From assembly GCA_973895155.1 (NCBI GenBank), contig OZ316891.1:4136018-4200017 (forward strand): 64,000 nucleotides of DNA, given 5' to 3'. Source of the stretch: Marsupella aquatica. Lineage: Eukaryota; Plantae; Marchantiophyta. Below the pieces are notes generated by a model that was given only the letters and a program-made list of their open reading frames with translations, did not search any database and was not told the origin of the DNA. Within the stretch, counting starts at the first letter, position 1; each line of letters starts with the position of its first letter. Of the stretch, positions 13,905 to 27,297 are shown one piece after another. The position numbers and the translations under genes were made by a program.

Positions 13905-16520
13905 ATTGTTCACCGTAATTAGTGTTATGCAAGGTTTAGTGTTAGGACAAAATTAGTGTTACTAATTTTAGGGATAACACTCATTTTGGTAAAAAATGAT
14001 TTTGAGTCCAAGTAACACTAATTTTTGTTTGATTTTCAAAAACTATGTTTTTTCACTTTAGTTTAAATTGCTTGTAAAAAATGGATGATCTTTAGTCCAA
14101 AGTAACAATTATTGTTGTGTATTTTTCAAAATAATGTTTTTTTCTCTATTTTTCCACTCTTAAGACCACAGTAACATTAATTCATGTGCGCAAAAATAGT
14201 GTTAGCACAAACTTAGTGTGACTAACACTAATTTGTGAGTAGACCCTGAAAATGGGCGCTCTTGAATTAGTGTTACTCACATTAATTAAGTTGAATAGTG
14301 TAGTTAGGTGACTAGCTTGCCAATTATGCCCTCTTCTAAGTTGGGCCTGGATCACCAAATGAATCTCTCTGGCTTGCAATGTCATGTCTCTACTTTCTTT
14401 GATGTTTTAGTTAATTGTTTCCCTATTGCCCCTCGGGGGGTTGACTATCAAAAATCTTAGGAACCACGTGCGATCCAAAATAGGTATTTTTGATAGAAAT
14501 TAACTAAATTTTTTAAAAGCGTAGGAGGCAAAAGAAGGTATTATAAACTCATGTTTAGAGAATATTCTCTAATATATATTTTTTATAAAATAAAATAGGT
14601 TATTAATATTGAAAATAGAGAATATTCTTGTAATATTTTCTTTATAAAATAGGTCTATTTATATTAGGCTAGGATCGCACGTGGTACCCCAAAATATACA
14701 CTTAGTTAACCCCCCGAGTATTGCCCCGCCTAGTTGTTTTGCTTGGGTTGCCTGTTTCCTGTGTTTGTTAGCTTGGGTAGGCTCACAAAAACCAGCTCAC
14801 ACCCTTGCTCACACCTGCCCACTGTATTACCAAATTGCCCATATGGTGGGATCACCAAACTGGCTCCAGGAGTCCACCCCCTGCAACGGCCCCCAGAAAT
14901 TAAAGGGAAATGTTGTTCTGATGATGGTAGAACAAGAATGGGGACTCCACCATGCTATTTATGACCTAAGTGGGTTGTATGTTCATGTATGGTTTGGAGT
15001 GATTTATGTCATTATGGCATTTTTATGTTAGTCAATGAATGTTATGCTAAAAGAAAGGTGTTTGACAAGTACTGACATACATGCGAATTTGTTGGTGCCA
15101 AATATACTAACAGAGAAGTGTGTGACTTAGAAAAATCAGGTAAGTGACATTGAGCTGGCATGAGAAAGAAAACTAAACTTTTGATGTGTGACTTGCAGAA
15201 AGTGCTCCCTTCCAATCCTTTTGGGATGCAGCCGGATGAGGTGGCAATAGTTGGGTCAGTCCATGCTCATTGGATGTATTGGGTGGAGAGGTACATTCAT
15301 GAAAGTTTTGAGGTCATGGGTTTTGCAACCTCCACAGCCAGAGGGTAGGCGCATGACACTTAGGTATTTGCATAGTCATGACTGTCTGCTCTGTTGGGGG
15401 GCCTTGTTGCAAGCTTGGACAAGGAGGACCCCACAGTTTGGAAGGAGGCACATTTGCTTTATTGAAACTGAATTATTCCCATACAAGTATTCTACATATG
15501 TGCTTACAACTAACTATGGGAAGTCAGAGGCGAAATAGTTTTACACCATTTCTCCCAGGCATTCCCCTAAGTTTGACAAAGCACAATTGTGTTTCCTTTA
15601 ACACAACATCATGTTTATGTTGCTTATTCTGTAGTTGGAGCAAGTTTCCTTGGACTGTGGATATAGCTAGGGCTGTCTATCGATCTACAAGGGGATATAG
15701 CTAGGGCCGTATATCTACACAATAAGCTATACAGACTTTCCTAAGTTATGAAACGGTAAAAAATAGGGTGCTAGGACCCAAATTTCACTATATTTTGCCC
15801 ATATGAGACGATACTTCCAAGCTTCTTACAAGCTCAAGACGACCAGACTAACTTGAGCGCATTAATTTTGTCATGACACTATTTTGGTTGACATAAATTA
15901 GTGTTAGTGTGGAATCTATTAGGATTTACTCTTAGGTCTAGAGTAACGACTATACCGTAATTAAGGCTAACTTTAGTCACAGACTTGGTTAGGTTAGTCA
16001 TGTTGTGCACACTCTATACCCAAACGGTGTTTTCTTGGAGAGTAGGAACTCAGGCTTATTAATTGTTACGGAACCAGTTGAGAGATAGGGAGAGCTTGTG
16101 TTCTGGATGCTTGATATGGCCGGTCGGTCTAGAGTGCAGTAAAGCTCTTGTGTATTTCCATGGACGTAACCTCATGTGGAGGTGAACCACATATCTCTCT
16201 GTGTTGACACTTGTACATTGGATGGTTCATGGGCTTGCCATTGTGATTGTAGTCTATGCTCAACACTCTCAAGAGTGGGAAAATAGAGGAAAAAAACTAT
16301 TTTGAAAAATACATAAAAATTTGTGTTACTTTGGGTTCAAGATTGCCCATTTTTTACTAGCAATATAAACAAAAGTGGAAAAAGACTATTCTAACAACCC
16401 AACAAAAATCAGTGTTATTTAGACTCAAAATCACTTTTACCAAAATTAGTCTTAGTAATAATTTTTGTATAGTAATCTATTGTAATTCTTGTATAACACT
16501 ATTTAGGGGAGACAGTGAAG
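13905..16520. mobile_element. Probable non-autonomous DNA transposon with long (~200-260 bp) diverged terminal inverted repeats (MULE/foldback-like)
   Basis: 13978-14163 aligns by eye with the reverse complement of 16270-16450 (TTTTGGTAAAA..TGATTTTGAGTC..AAAGTAACA..TATTTTTCAAAATA..CCACTCTT). Many TTAGTGTTAC-type motifs. No TSD resolved, so the ends are approximate. Confidence 0.6.
14432..14718. mobile_element. MITE (287 bp) with TIRs and an 8-bp TSD (hAT- or MULE-derived), nested in the larger element
   Basis: Left end CTCGGGGGGTTGACTA...GGAACCACGTGCGATCC; right end GGATCGCACGTGGTACC...TAGTTAACCCCCCGAG; AT-rich core; TATTGCCC on both sides (14424-14431, 14719-14726). Confidence 0.85.
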
Positions 16521-17471
16521 AAGGGTATCAATAAGGTGTGTCAAACCCCCCAAGCTACTCTTATGGGGCTTGTAATTAGTCTTACGTCCTGACTTAAACT
16601 ATAAACCAGTTGCCTTGGCAGTATGTGAATATATTGCACTCTTTTGACACACCCTAATGAGTGATGTAAATGGTTTCACTTCCATGGGAGATTTTCTCAT
16701 TGTCATGTGACGACTCCTTTGTTTGGCACTGAAAGTAGAGCTGATACGTAAGTTAAGTAACGAGTCGGCTCTAGGTAATGCCCAAAGAGCTCAACGGAAG
16801 CAAATTATTATCAAACAATCTTCAGCCGCGTGGCGATTCTGTAAAATCTTGGAGCCTTCACTATACGCAATGAGTACTTTCATGTCATTTCGAGTTTTTC
16901 AAGGTAAGACTCGCCAAGGTCCCAGCACGGTCCAAATCAAGAATCTCGATGAGCTTTTCTTCCACGAAATAGGCCTTTCTAGCAACGAAATCCAGGGGTT
17001 ACCCGAGAGAAAGTAGCGACAGTCTTGCTTAGCAGGACTTGGAGCCGCCCAAGATCTATCATGGGTTGTTGCATGATGGCCAGCTCAATGTTGCCATACC
17101 TGGCTGGCTGGTCTGTCTAGAAAGTGCAAACTGCTTTTTGCAAGAAAATTTTCACGAGCAAGATCTATTATAGGTGACCGACATTATATATTTAAAAGTG
17201 CCGACAATATAGGTGTTTAACCGGGAGACAATATAGGTGTTTGCATGATGGCCAGCGGAAACTGCTTTTGTATGAAAGTCTTCAAGAGTAAAAAGTTTGT
17301 AAAAAGTTTGTTTTCTTTTTTTCTTTTCTTTTTTCTTCAAGAACACCATGAACTCAAAACAGATGGCACGTGGCATTCTTTAGAACAGCCTCCCTGAAGT
17401 CAAAACCAATGCAAAACAATTAATTAATGCAAACCAATGAAGTGATATTTCTTTCCGTGGTCAGAGATTCG

Positions 17472-17683
17472 TTAAACCACACCTGCCACTATAAAAGCCT
17501 CATTCCATGTCTCACTATTCACCATAAAAGGTGAAAACCTAGCACCTTTTGTGGAGTACTTGTCAAAAAAAGTTTTGCAGTCAGCATCTTTTGTGGAGCT
17601 CAAAACCCATTTCTGAACTTGTACTCTTTAGAATGAGAGCTACGGGTTACCCGTAGCCCTTTATAGGGGCAGGTGTGGTTTAA
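17472..17683. mobile_element. MITE (~210 bp) with ~24-bp TIRs and TTAA/TA-type ends
   Basis: TTAAACCACACCTGCCACTATAAA at 17472 and TTTATAGGGGCAGGTGTGGTTTAA ending at 17683 (one mismatch). Internal palindrome GCTACGGGT-T-ACCCGTAGC at 17639-17657. Confidence 0.75.
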
Positions 17684-20474
17684 TTACATTGAGGACGTTG
17701 AGCTAGAGTGGCCAGCCCGGTACTGTTTTATTTTATTTTTGCCTCGAAAAACTAATTGAATGCCCGATCCTGTTTTTTTTTTTTACCTCGAAAAAACCCG
17801 GTCCTGTTTTGCTTTTGCAATGAAAGGCAATTTCTGAAAACGGACGGGAGCGACGAGGTCTTGGCTGGCTATCAAGATTTTGAAACAAAATCCGGGCCGG
17901 GAGGAATTTGGGTCGGTGCATTGACAGAATGATTTCGATGTCAAAAGAAGATTTACTTTGAAACTAAAATAAACCAGAGCCTACCTACAGAGTGGCAAGA
18001 TTTGGGCTCAAACAGTACGATCAAAGGTTGATGAGAGAAATCAAGGCCTACCAAGGGTGGCACGATCCTGGCTATCTATGCCGTTGTACAGTTGTAGGCC
18101 GAACTGGAAGATCGTGGCTTATTATGACAGATTTTAACGGATCTAAATCTTGGCCTCCTTGGATTGGCAATATCCCACTTGGATATCTGTGACGATTTTG
18201 TGCAGGTCGCTCATAGGTGCCAAGCTTGTCGAATGTCGAGTTCTGGATCATACTAAGATACGGTAGGTTAGAAAGGCAATCACTTTACAAACCTTGACAT
18301 CCACAGTAGAACCTTCCATGTTCACAAGGTAAGTTGGGTTGTGCAGTTGGTCAAACACCAGCACTCAAATTACCCGGTGTTCCACGTAATTTTATTAAGC
18401 AGTATTTTCTCGTGCAAAATGTGTGACCTTCAATTTCTCGTTTAAAAATTATCTTAGTTACACTTCGTTAACTGGCTTTAACATTCAGTGTGGTGACACT
18501 GTAATTTCACACAAGAAAACCCAGTGCCCTTGCGAAGGCGAGTTTCTTCTCCCAAGTTCGGAGGCTGGCTGCTGGCTCGCTGCTGGTTGAGAGAAAGATG
18601 GTGATGGCCCCCATTCGAGGGAGATTGTCTAGGCCCTTTCTTACGAAACTTAATATGCTCCGGATCTCTTTCTACATGAGTAAGTCAAAACTCCATGTTC
18701 GCTGCTTGCCACTCGGATATCAGCCCCAAGAGTTGAGATGCGCAAACTAGGTGACAGAAGAGCTCCTTGCCACAAAATTGAACCTGAAATTCAGGATGTT
18801 GTGCCAACGTGAGTGCTTGGTCTCTCGTTGGCGCAAGGTCGACTGTACCTTCATGGTCACGCTCGTGTGAGCGTGACTTTCCTTTCGTTCCAAGAACCCT
18901 GGGCACCGGCATCCTGCCTGAAGAATAGAATGTATTATATTCAGCATAATGCCCAGGACACTTTTTGCCGAAAGGTGTTGATCGGATTCTGTCTTGGCAA
19001 GGTTATTTCACATGTACATATTCATAGTTGGCGAGGTTAATTTTCATATATATTCAAGTTGGCAAGTTTGATTTTCATATATAGTCATATAATTTGGTTT
19101 TGATAAATTTACTAGACTAAATAAGCCATTGCAATTATAAACATATCCGTATACTAGCCTAACAGTAGGCCAGTCATGCGCAAAAGGTGGAAATGACATA
19201 CCAAAATCAGATATGACAAAAGTATTGTTTCACACAATCGAAAGACTCACGAAAAGTTTTCCTGTACCAAAATTGATCACTTTCATAACTTTTGCAAAAT
19301 TTAACCTTAGTTAGTTTATTAACTCAGGTTACATTATGAGTTTGGGGCTGTTGTTGTGCTTTACCCTTTTACTCGGCCGCCAGGCCCACAGTCTGTCTTT
19401 GCAATGAGCAGCTGATGACCATGAGAAGCAAAACCAGCTAAGTGTACAAGCAAGATCAAGGCTATGGATCCAAGCACAGGTAGAATCAGACTTCAATCTC
19501 AGTCAGGTTTGGGTTTCCCCTACAAACGCCGCATCGCTACTTGAAGTTCAATCACTTGTCTTTGCATCCCTCTGATCTGAAGCACCTTTCTTTCTATGTA
19601 TACGTGCTTCCGTACCGGCTCCAAGCAGCTCCAAGCCTTGATTTCACTTTACGTCTAGCAATCGTCACCTTTGCTCTCTTAATATTCCTATTCCCAATTA
19701 ATAAGCTCAATTGATTTTGTGTATTCAAACCCTTCGATGCTCTGTAATAGTTTTGTGCAAGGTCTACTCCTGTCCCCCTGATGGTATTGCTGGCATGTGC
19801 AAGAAGCAAGCACCTAACTAGTATTCTGAGCCACTCATAAGGCCACGAATTGGATGCAAGAGATCTTCTTGGCACATCAATTTCAATAAAGTTGACCGGA
19901 AAAAGCCCTCCGGGTGAGGAACGCGAGTGTCATGCGGCCGAACAGCGACCAGAAAACAACCCAATCTCTTAATTGCCGGTTTACTTGGTGAACTGGCGAC
20001 CTCCACTCCTCTTCAAGCCCGATTCATTCTTTTCGATCAATCCATGTGAGCCCAGCTTGTGAAACTTGTACTCTACATTCAGAGCTCTTCTCATCATTGC
20101 CCTGACTGAATCAATTCGACCTTCAATTTGATCCACACAAAGAGTTCCCATTCAAAATCGCTGATACATTGGTTTGGAAATTCATATTAGCTGGGTATAC
20201 ACTCCTCCCTATCTGAGGTGACAATCCACTCCTAAGCTCTGGTCTATAATTGTGTTACTTCTGAAATCAGCGCAAGTCATATGCAGATTAATTAGTTGAC
20301 GTGAGTAGTGTCTCAATCATTTGTCTGTCTAGTTACTTCTAGTAAATTTTAGAAAAGGCTTTTGCCTCGAAGTAGATGCATTGGAAATGACAGGAGCTTT
20401 ACTTTCTGTAAGGTTCGATGATGGGTTTTACTTCCATTCATCTGCTACCTAAGCGTTACATGGAATGCTGCAGT

Positions 20475-20645
20475 ATTCATTTGTCCAGGGATTTGTTCCA
20501 TAAGCTTAAGTTCTGGGCTCAAATCTGAATTGAGCTTCCGTCTCGAAAACACGAATAACATTCATTTGTCCAGGGATTTGTTCCATAAGCTTCAGTTCTG
20601 GGCTCAAATCTTTATTGAGCTCCCATCTCGAAAACACGAATAACA
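20475..20645. repeat. ~85-bp direct tandem duplication
   Basis: ATTCATTTGTCCAGGGATTTGTTCCATAAGCTT...TCTCGAAAACACGAATAACA occurs twice. Confidence 0.85.
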
Positions 20646-21044
20646 CTCACTGAATATATAATTCCTCTATTTACCACTACTGCCTGCTCCTGCAACCTAT
20701 CTGCCTAAATTCATGTTCTGCAGAGGGTTTATTCACACTCAGCAGTCGAGTCTCAACATCAGTGGTATATCAAGGCGGGGCATTCCAAAAAAATCACATC
20801 CACTTAGGGACTTACAGTTGTTGACCTGGACTTGAAGGTGATAGCACTTAATCCAAGTCAATTAACCTAGGTTGAATTTGAAAAAGTGAACTTGACCCCT
20901 ATTCAAATCCTTTCAAAGATGTACAAAATTTAATGTCAATTGGAATTAAAATAATTAAAACCTGCAAAGAGCCGTGGGCGGCATTTTCGGATATGTTTAA
21001 TGAAGTTTAAATTTATCTGACTATTGAAAAAATGAAGGTTGACA

Positions 21045-21131
21045 TTGTCAAGTGGACATAGGGCCAGTTGTAATTGTCAAGTGGACATAGGGCCACATGT
21101 AATTGACAAGTGGACATAGGGCCTATTGTAA
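21045..21131. repeat. 3 x 29-bp minisatellite
   Basis: TTG(T/A)CAAGTGGACATAGGGCCnnnTGTAA three times. Confidence 0.85.
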
Positions 21132-24100
21132 GGAAATAAAAACGTGTGGCAGTAATAAAACGTGGGGAACTAGCCAGTACCAGGTGCTGTGATCTCTTTC
21201 GACCGTTCATGTCAACACCCCACTGAAAGCCAAAACTTTGGATACTTACCCATACTTAGATCTACTGTAGAGATTCTTGACTCTCTTTGTATTAGTATGC
21301 ATGTGGGACATCTACACATATACATTACATTATATATATGTACATAATGAATCGCTTACTACAGTGAACAATTGAAAATGTCGTGCTGAAATTCTGCCCA
21401 CAAAATCGAATCTCACCTGTAGCAATTGGATATGTGCAATTAGTGTATTCCTGGTTCGTTACACATCCATGTCAGAGTTTATTCCCGAAAGCAAGTGACA
21501 ATGGAACGACTGTAAATAATCCACTAACTGCTAGGCTGTACAATCAAACCTTTTGTACTTTCTACAGTAACTCGGTCCACTAGACCCTGGGCGGCCTGGC
21601 TGGGCCTCTGATGTGGAGAAGTTGCCATACACCAACCTGCACAGGCTCATGACTATTTAAGACAATCATCGTTTACTTGTTGAAGCTTACATCTTTCACA
21701 AGAAGTTCAGAAAGTACTGTCTCCCCTGAAAGGTTCAAAAAATGTTTTGAAAAGAGAGGTGTTTGTGAAGTTTTTAGAAAGGAAATATTTTAGAGAGTTT
21801 CTTTATAAGGTGGAGGATGCATGTGTTTAGGTTGTAAGGGTTTTCAAGGAGGTGGCATGCATGAGGATAGCTTTGGAAAAGGTGTGGTTGCATATATAGT
21901 GGTACATTGAAGAATTCTTATACTAGTGAGCCGTACTCATGAAATTTCAAAGTCCAAGTGTTGATAAGGTAAGACCAAAAAAAGAAATATATATATATAT
22001 ATATATATATCAATAAATAGAACCACAATAATTAGTCAAATAACAAATTTTGGGCCCTAGCTTGCACTATCTATTACTAGTGCATCAAACTTGGTCCTCA
22101 TTCTCTTCTAAGTTTGACACAATAATAAAATCAGATTTTTATAACTACTGACCACTCCCTTTGGGTCTGGTGGGTATGGAATATAGAAACGCTGCTCAAG
22201 GTGACTCGAGAATGTAAATGGTTCAGATGTTTAGCCAAGTAAATTCACACTCATCAAGTAGTACCCGTGTGATTAACACCCAACTAGGTCAATTTTGAAC
22301 CACTTACACTTGACAGCATACTCAAAATTTGAATTTGCATCATAGAATATTATCAAGATCTCTTCTATCTTCCCATCTTGAGACACCACATCTCTGATCA
22401 CATTAGTGTCATGGTGGCTACTTTGCAAATCCTGCGTGACCTGCCCTTGAACTCCATAGTCAAAAGTTAATTTCTCTGCCCATTTCGAATGATGGGATCC
22501 ACACAGTGAAACGTGCATCCAAGAACAACAGAGTTGCTTCAACTTTGCCAATGTGAAATTTGTGCCTCTAAAATTGTTTGAGTCTGACGTTGGCACAGTG
22601 CTTGAATGTGCAACTTTGGACCCAAAGTCAAACATGCAGCAAACCTCAATTGTGCAATGTGGACAGCGATGAGCACAGTTCTACAACCCACGTACGTACC
22701 ACAGGGATGGCGAGTCCACGAGCGAGTCTCAGCTGAAGCCTTGGCTGTCCATTTGTCTGGAGATGGCTTGCTGCACACTGTCTGATGGATTTAGTGAGAG
22801 TGTGCACAGATGGTTGGCGGGCAGGACAAAATTGCAAGGGGGAGGAAATTTTGATTGACAGTAAGGGTGGTATCCCAGAGAAATATCAAGTTCCATTGGG
22901 GATGGAAAACTGGCCATCTTCTTCTGTTTATGCTAAAAACCTTACCTCAAATGTACTTAGTTTGTCATATTGTCATATGGAGGCTGCCTCTGCTAAAGTT
23001 ACAACCTTGGTTATCCTCAAACTGCTATAATGGTGAATCTACTTTTCAGATTTTGTCTTATTCAGATTTTATGTTCAGTATTTTGATTTTAAGGTGCTTT
23101 AAGAAGGTGAATCATTTGTATTAATTTAATTTTGAATTATCTTTTGGATCCCTTTTAATTTTAGTGAACTTGGAGTATTTTCAATGTATTTGGGTCCCTC
23201 ATAAATATTTAATTTTTCCTTTTCAATCACTCCTTAGTGAATTATCTTTTTTTCTCATGAGAGTGAGAGAAATGAATTTGAACAGTGTGCACATTTGGTG
23301 TACTAAGTTCCCATCATGGTTTCTTTTACAACATCTATGGTTTTACATGAATTAGATTATCATTACCTAGAAGCAAGTGAAATCTGTAGTGCATGTGTAC
23401 AACTCTTTAGTACCTTTATACTTTCTTGGACATAATGTGCTTTTCTTTGCAAATAAATTCACATTGGCAAAGTGATAATAGAGGTTTTTGGGATCAAACC
23501 ACGCAATGTGACTATTTACATTTCCAAAGTGATAATAGAGGTTTTCGGGATCAAACCACTATGCCAATGTGACTATTTACTATGTCACTCACTTTTCATT
23601 AACATATATTAATTTATTGGCATATACTTTACATGTACCTACTTCTTTTATCATAAAATAAATAGATTGAATTATATGTCACTACAAAACAAAACAAAAA
23701 GAGGCATGTTCCAGGATGAACATGTAATATCCATTGGTGACAACTTGGTCTACTGCCATAGGCTTTTTGTAGCACAGGTGCCCTCTATTAATTTTCCCCC
23801 CATGAGTCTATTATTATAAGGCACTGTTCGTTTGGGAGCCCGGTTAGACCGTTATACTGATGAGCTGATGATTGAGAGCTTTTAGGGGCAACTGTGGGGC
23901 TCATGACTCAAAATACTGGACTTTCAGACTGCCTTCCTTAGTTTCTTGGTTTCTTTTACATTTTTAAACATGGAAGCAGCCTTTGAACAAGCTGCGAGCT
24001 CTGTAGCTTGCACGAGTTGCAATGTCGTTATTTAATATGTACAACTGGTTTGCATGCAGCCAGGGAAACCCCTCGTTTACATTAAATTTGTATTTGTTTG

Positions 24101-24190
24101 CGTTGGTTTTTGACAGCTGGTTGCAGTTGAATTCGTGACACTTCAATATAGACAAGGTTGGAACAAGTGGACGGCAACAATACAAGTGAG

Positions 24191-24513
24191 AACCAACTGG
24201 CTTTGGTCAGTTGGCCAGAGGATGAGCCTAGAACCGAGAGGTCCCAGGTTCAATCCTCCCTCCACACATAAGGGGTGTGGAGGATATGTGTGTGTGTGGG
24301 GTGTAGTGGTGGGAGTATTGATTATCTCCTCAGCCCTGGTTGCCCACTTTGGGTTCTGGTTTAATCCTCTCTCCCTCCTGGTCTGGGTCCCTGTAGGATC
24401 CTTGGGTATTGTCCCCTTGTGGCTGCCCTACATAGAACTGCATGCTCCAAAGCGGACGTCTATCCTCTATTGGATGGGCCTGCTTTCGGTTTTCAAGGCA
24501 AAAAAAAAAAAAA
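24191..24513 (+). mobile_element. tRNA-derived SINE, copy 1
   Basis: A-box-like TTGGTCAGTTGG, B-box GGTTCAATCC (24247-24256), poly(A) tail, 15-bp TSD AACAATACAAGTGAG (24176-24190, 24514-24528). Near-identical copy at 32057. Confidence 0.9.
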
Positions 24514-24828
24514 AACAATACAAGTGAGGTCTCAATACTAGTCCATTTGACTAGGCGGGTATCCTAGAGTAATTCTTGAAAACTTTTGAAAAGTAACAAT
24601 GAATGCAACAAAGAATGTCAGTGGGACACAATGTAAAGACCATTGTTTTTTTGACCTGGCCAGTTAATACCGTTTTTTTAATAAATATATTTACCATTAT
24701 TACCATTATTACTTTTTGCCTTTTTATCTTGTTCCCTGTAAGCCTCTTTTTGTTCTTTGGGTTGAATTATAGCTCAATCCAAGTAGCTCAAACCCATGTG
24801 TTGCACAAAAGATGTGGTTACAAAAAAT

Positions 24829-25020
24829 GAAGTTGTGTCGCCAAAGATGTCCTTATGTAAAAGATATCATGAAGTAAAATGATGTCATTAAGAATAAAGA
24901 AGTTGTGTCGCCAAAAATGCCGTGAAGTAAAAAGATGTCATTCAGAAAAAGGAAGTTGTGTCGCGAAAGATGTCATGAAGTAAAACACTATCATTATGTA
25001 AAAGATGTCATCAAGTAAAA
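24829..25020. repeat. Degenerate tandem repeat (GAAGTTGTGTCGCCAAAGATGTC / GTAAAAGATGTCAT modules)
   Basis: Modules recur at ~24830, 24900 and 24953. Confidence 0.7.
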
Positions 25021-25540
25021 CGATGTAGGGATGCCATTAATGTGGTTATTGTTCTTGATTGTTGAGATGACACCCCCAAAATGAACCCAAGATGTATTGT
25101 CAAAATGGCAGCCAATACAGTCTTTTCAAGGAAATATGGGTGGAGATTTTCTTTTGGGAGAATAGGCGTTTTCTTAGGGCGACCTAAAAGGTTGTACAAT
25201 TAGGGAAGAGGTAAAGCTAGCAGTAGCAAGTGGTGCTGAGATAAGTGGCTAAGAGACAAATTGAGGACCCACTTCACCTGAACATCACGTGGGTCTTTGA
25301 CTAGAGCTCGTCTCGCTTTGAGAGGAGAAAATTTGATGGACTACTTGTGGGTGCACTTTTAAGATAAATGACTTGAAATATGAATAGACCAAGCCCCAAG
25401 ATGAAGAGATCTCCAAGATAGGTGGCCTAAAACTGGGACAAAATTCCCACAAGCAAAATTTGGGCCCCACTCAATTCCATCTAGGAAGGGTGACACCATA
25501 GAAAGAAAATGCCCCTACTTTTGGTAAAGTGAACTGGAAG

Positions 25541-27297
25541 AAAATGGATGGCACGGAGAACGGGCCGTTTGATGTGTCTCGGACAGGGTTAGAGAGGAGA
25601 GTGGCGGACGGAGTTGAGATCAGTTACAGGGCTCGGGGTAAAAGGAGTGGTTGCCGTATGTAATTCCAAAAGTTTAATCTCACCAGCAGACTAATTTGTC
25701 TGTTCAAAACGATGTGTCACTGGATGATACTTGGTCACTACGTTTACGAATCCTATTCCGGGAAGTGCGACGAACAGTCGTTTTGAGCGACGTTATTCCT
25801 TTGGGTAGTGCCGCTGCTCTGCATTTTATGCTGTGAGATTGGCCTTTCCCATATATTCTGGGTTTGCCTCTGTTTGCTTTCTCATTTTAGTAAGGGAGAG
25901 CATTTTCGAAGTGACCCGCCAATGCGAAGTTTGAATATAAGGTGCATTGTTCCTAATTTCTGGCAAGCAGAATGTGACATTTTGGTAAGATCTGTGGTAA
26001 AGAGAACCCGGCGAAGTTACTTTCCAATCTGGGAGGGAGTATCGAAAATAATTCCCAGTCTAAGAGAGTCGTGCAGATGCATTCTATCACCACTGATCAA
26101 CACGAGGTTGATGTAACAACAATCGCAAACTTCAAAAGAATTGGAAAAGACAAGCAGGAGGAGTCACCGTGCAAACCATACCAATGACGAGTCCCAAGTT
26201 ATCCCACTCCTAGACTGAACACATGAAGCCTGATTTCGAACAATACAGATGTTAGTTAGAAAAAGACACAGATCCTCATTGGCGGATCTTTCTGATGACC
26301 TTATTCCAGTATGTCTCTGACGCTCAGTCAAATTACTCGGTCCCCACCGTCATGAACAAATTTTTCACAAAAAATGGCAGCACATTTATTACACGTACAA
26401 GACGACGCCCAGTCAAATTACTCGGTACCCCACCGTCATGAACTCAGAAAAAATGCCAGCAGATGTATTAAACGTACGAGTACGACGCTCAGTCAGATTA
26501 CTCGGTACCCCACTGTCATGAACAAATTTTTCAGAAAAAATGCCAGCAGATTTATTACACGTACAAGTACGACGCTCAGTCAAATTACTCGGTACCCCAC
26601 CGTCATGAACAATTTTTCAGGAAAAATGCCAGGAGATTTATTACACATACAAGTACTGGGATGAAACTGCAGCCCTTCAGCCAGTGCGTAGGTTTAGGAC
26701 CACCTGAACCAAAAGAAAGAGACTTGGGAATGAACGCCTGGCCTTGGCATTCCTTTACTACGACACAATAATGCGGAAGGAGCTTTCCTGAATATTTAAA
26801 TGACAACTCTGTCCGCTTTAAACAATGAATAATGCCCAAATCTCACTTCGTTCAATCTGATCAACCGCTTGAACTGATATAGATATTTAAGTGATAAGCA
26901 TATCAGAATCAAGAAGATCACTAAGCCTAATGGATGCAAAAAGAACGTTGGTGACAGACAGTCCACAGGCTAAGCATGAGATTGGATAGCGCCAAGTTTA
27001 CCTCCGCTACTTTGTTCAATATCTCCTTCACATTCCAATTGGCAACATTGAGATCGGGTGCAAGCTCGAAACAAAATTGATAGTGAAGCTCAGATTGTGG
27101 TCTGAGGCGCTTTCGGAAGAGTGAGGCATGGATATCAAGCAAAACAAAATTACCTTTTGTCCAATGAATTTTCTCCCAGCAGAGTGGACAAAGTAAATTG
27201 TCATTATAGCAGGTGAACTCTAGAGAATCATTTTCCTATAGCATTCTTACCAACTCAGCATTTTACATTCCTAATTGGTGGAATCTCATGACCTTCA
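25541..27297. pseudogene. Decayed direct duplicate of the ALP1-like/HO1 segment, with the ALP1-like CDS deleted and HO1 exon 2-4 remnants on the minus strand
   Basis: 25541-25632 matches ~36634-36726, then jumps to ~38760 and stays colinear to ~40343. HO1 remnants include HCLKRTELSFKYSGKLL and VKEILNKVAE, with frameshifts and deletions. Confidence 0.9.
26320..26657. repeat. 4 x ~80-87-bp tandem array inside the decayed duplicate
   Basis: GACGC(T/C)CAGTCA(A/G)ATTACTCGGT...AAAAAATGCCAGCAGA units at ~26320, 26404, 26484 and 26571. Single-copy counterpart at ~39440-39530. Confidence 0.9.

Noticed and set aside
19430-20160. Coding-like minus-strand stretch with stops (possible pseudogene)
   Set aside because: No family motif recognised; BLASTX needed.
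22270-23030. Possible degenerate transposase fragment
   Set aside because: Only a vague resemblance across broken frames; not supportable without a search.
24198-24265. Possible tRNA gene
   Set aside because: A/B boxes are present but I could not build a full cloverleaf; it is the SINE head, with tail and TSD.
24135-24527. 130-aa hydrophobic ORF, repeated at 32088-32396
   Set aside because: Incidental reading frames within the two SINE copies.
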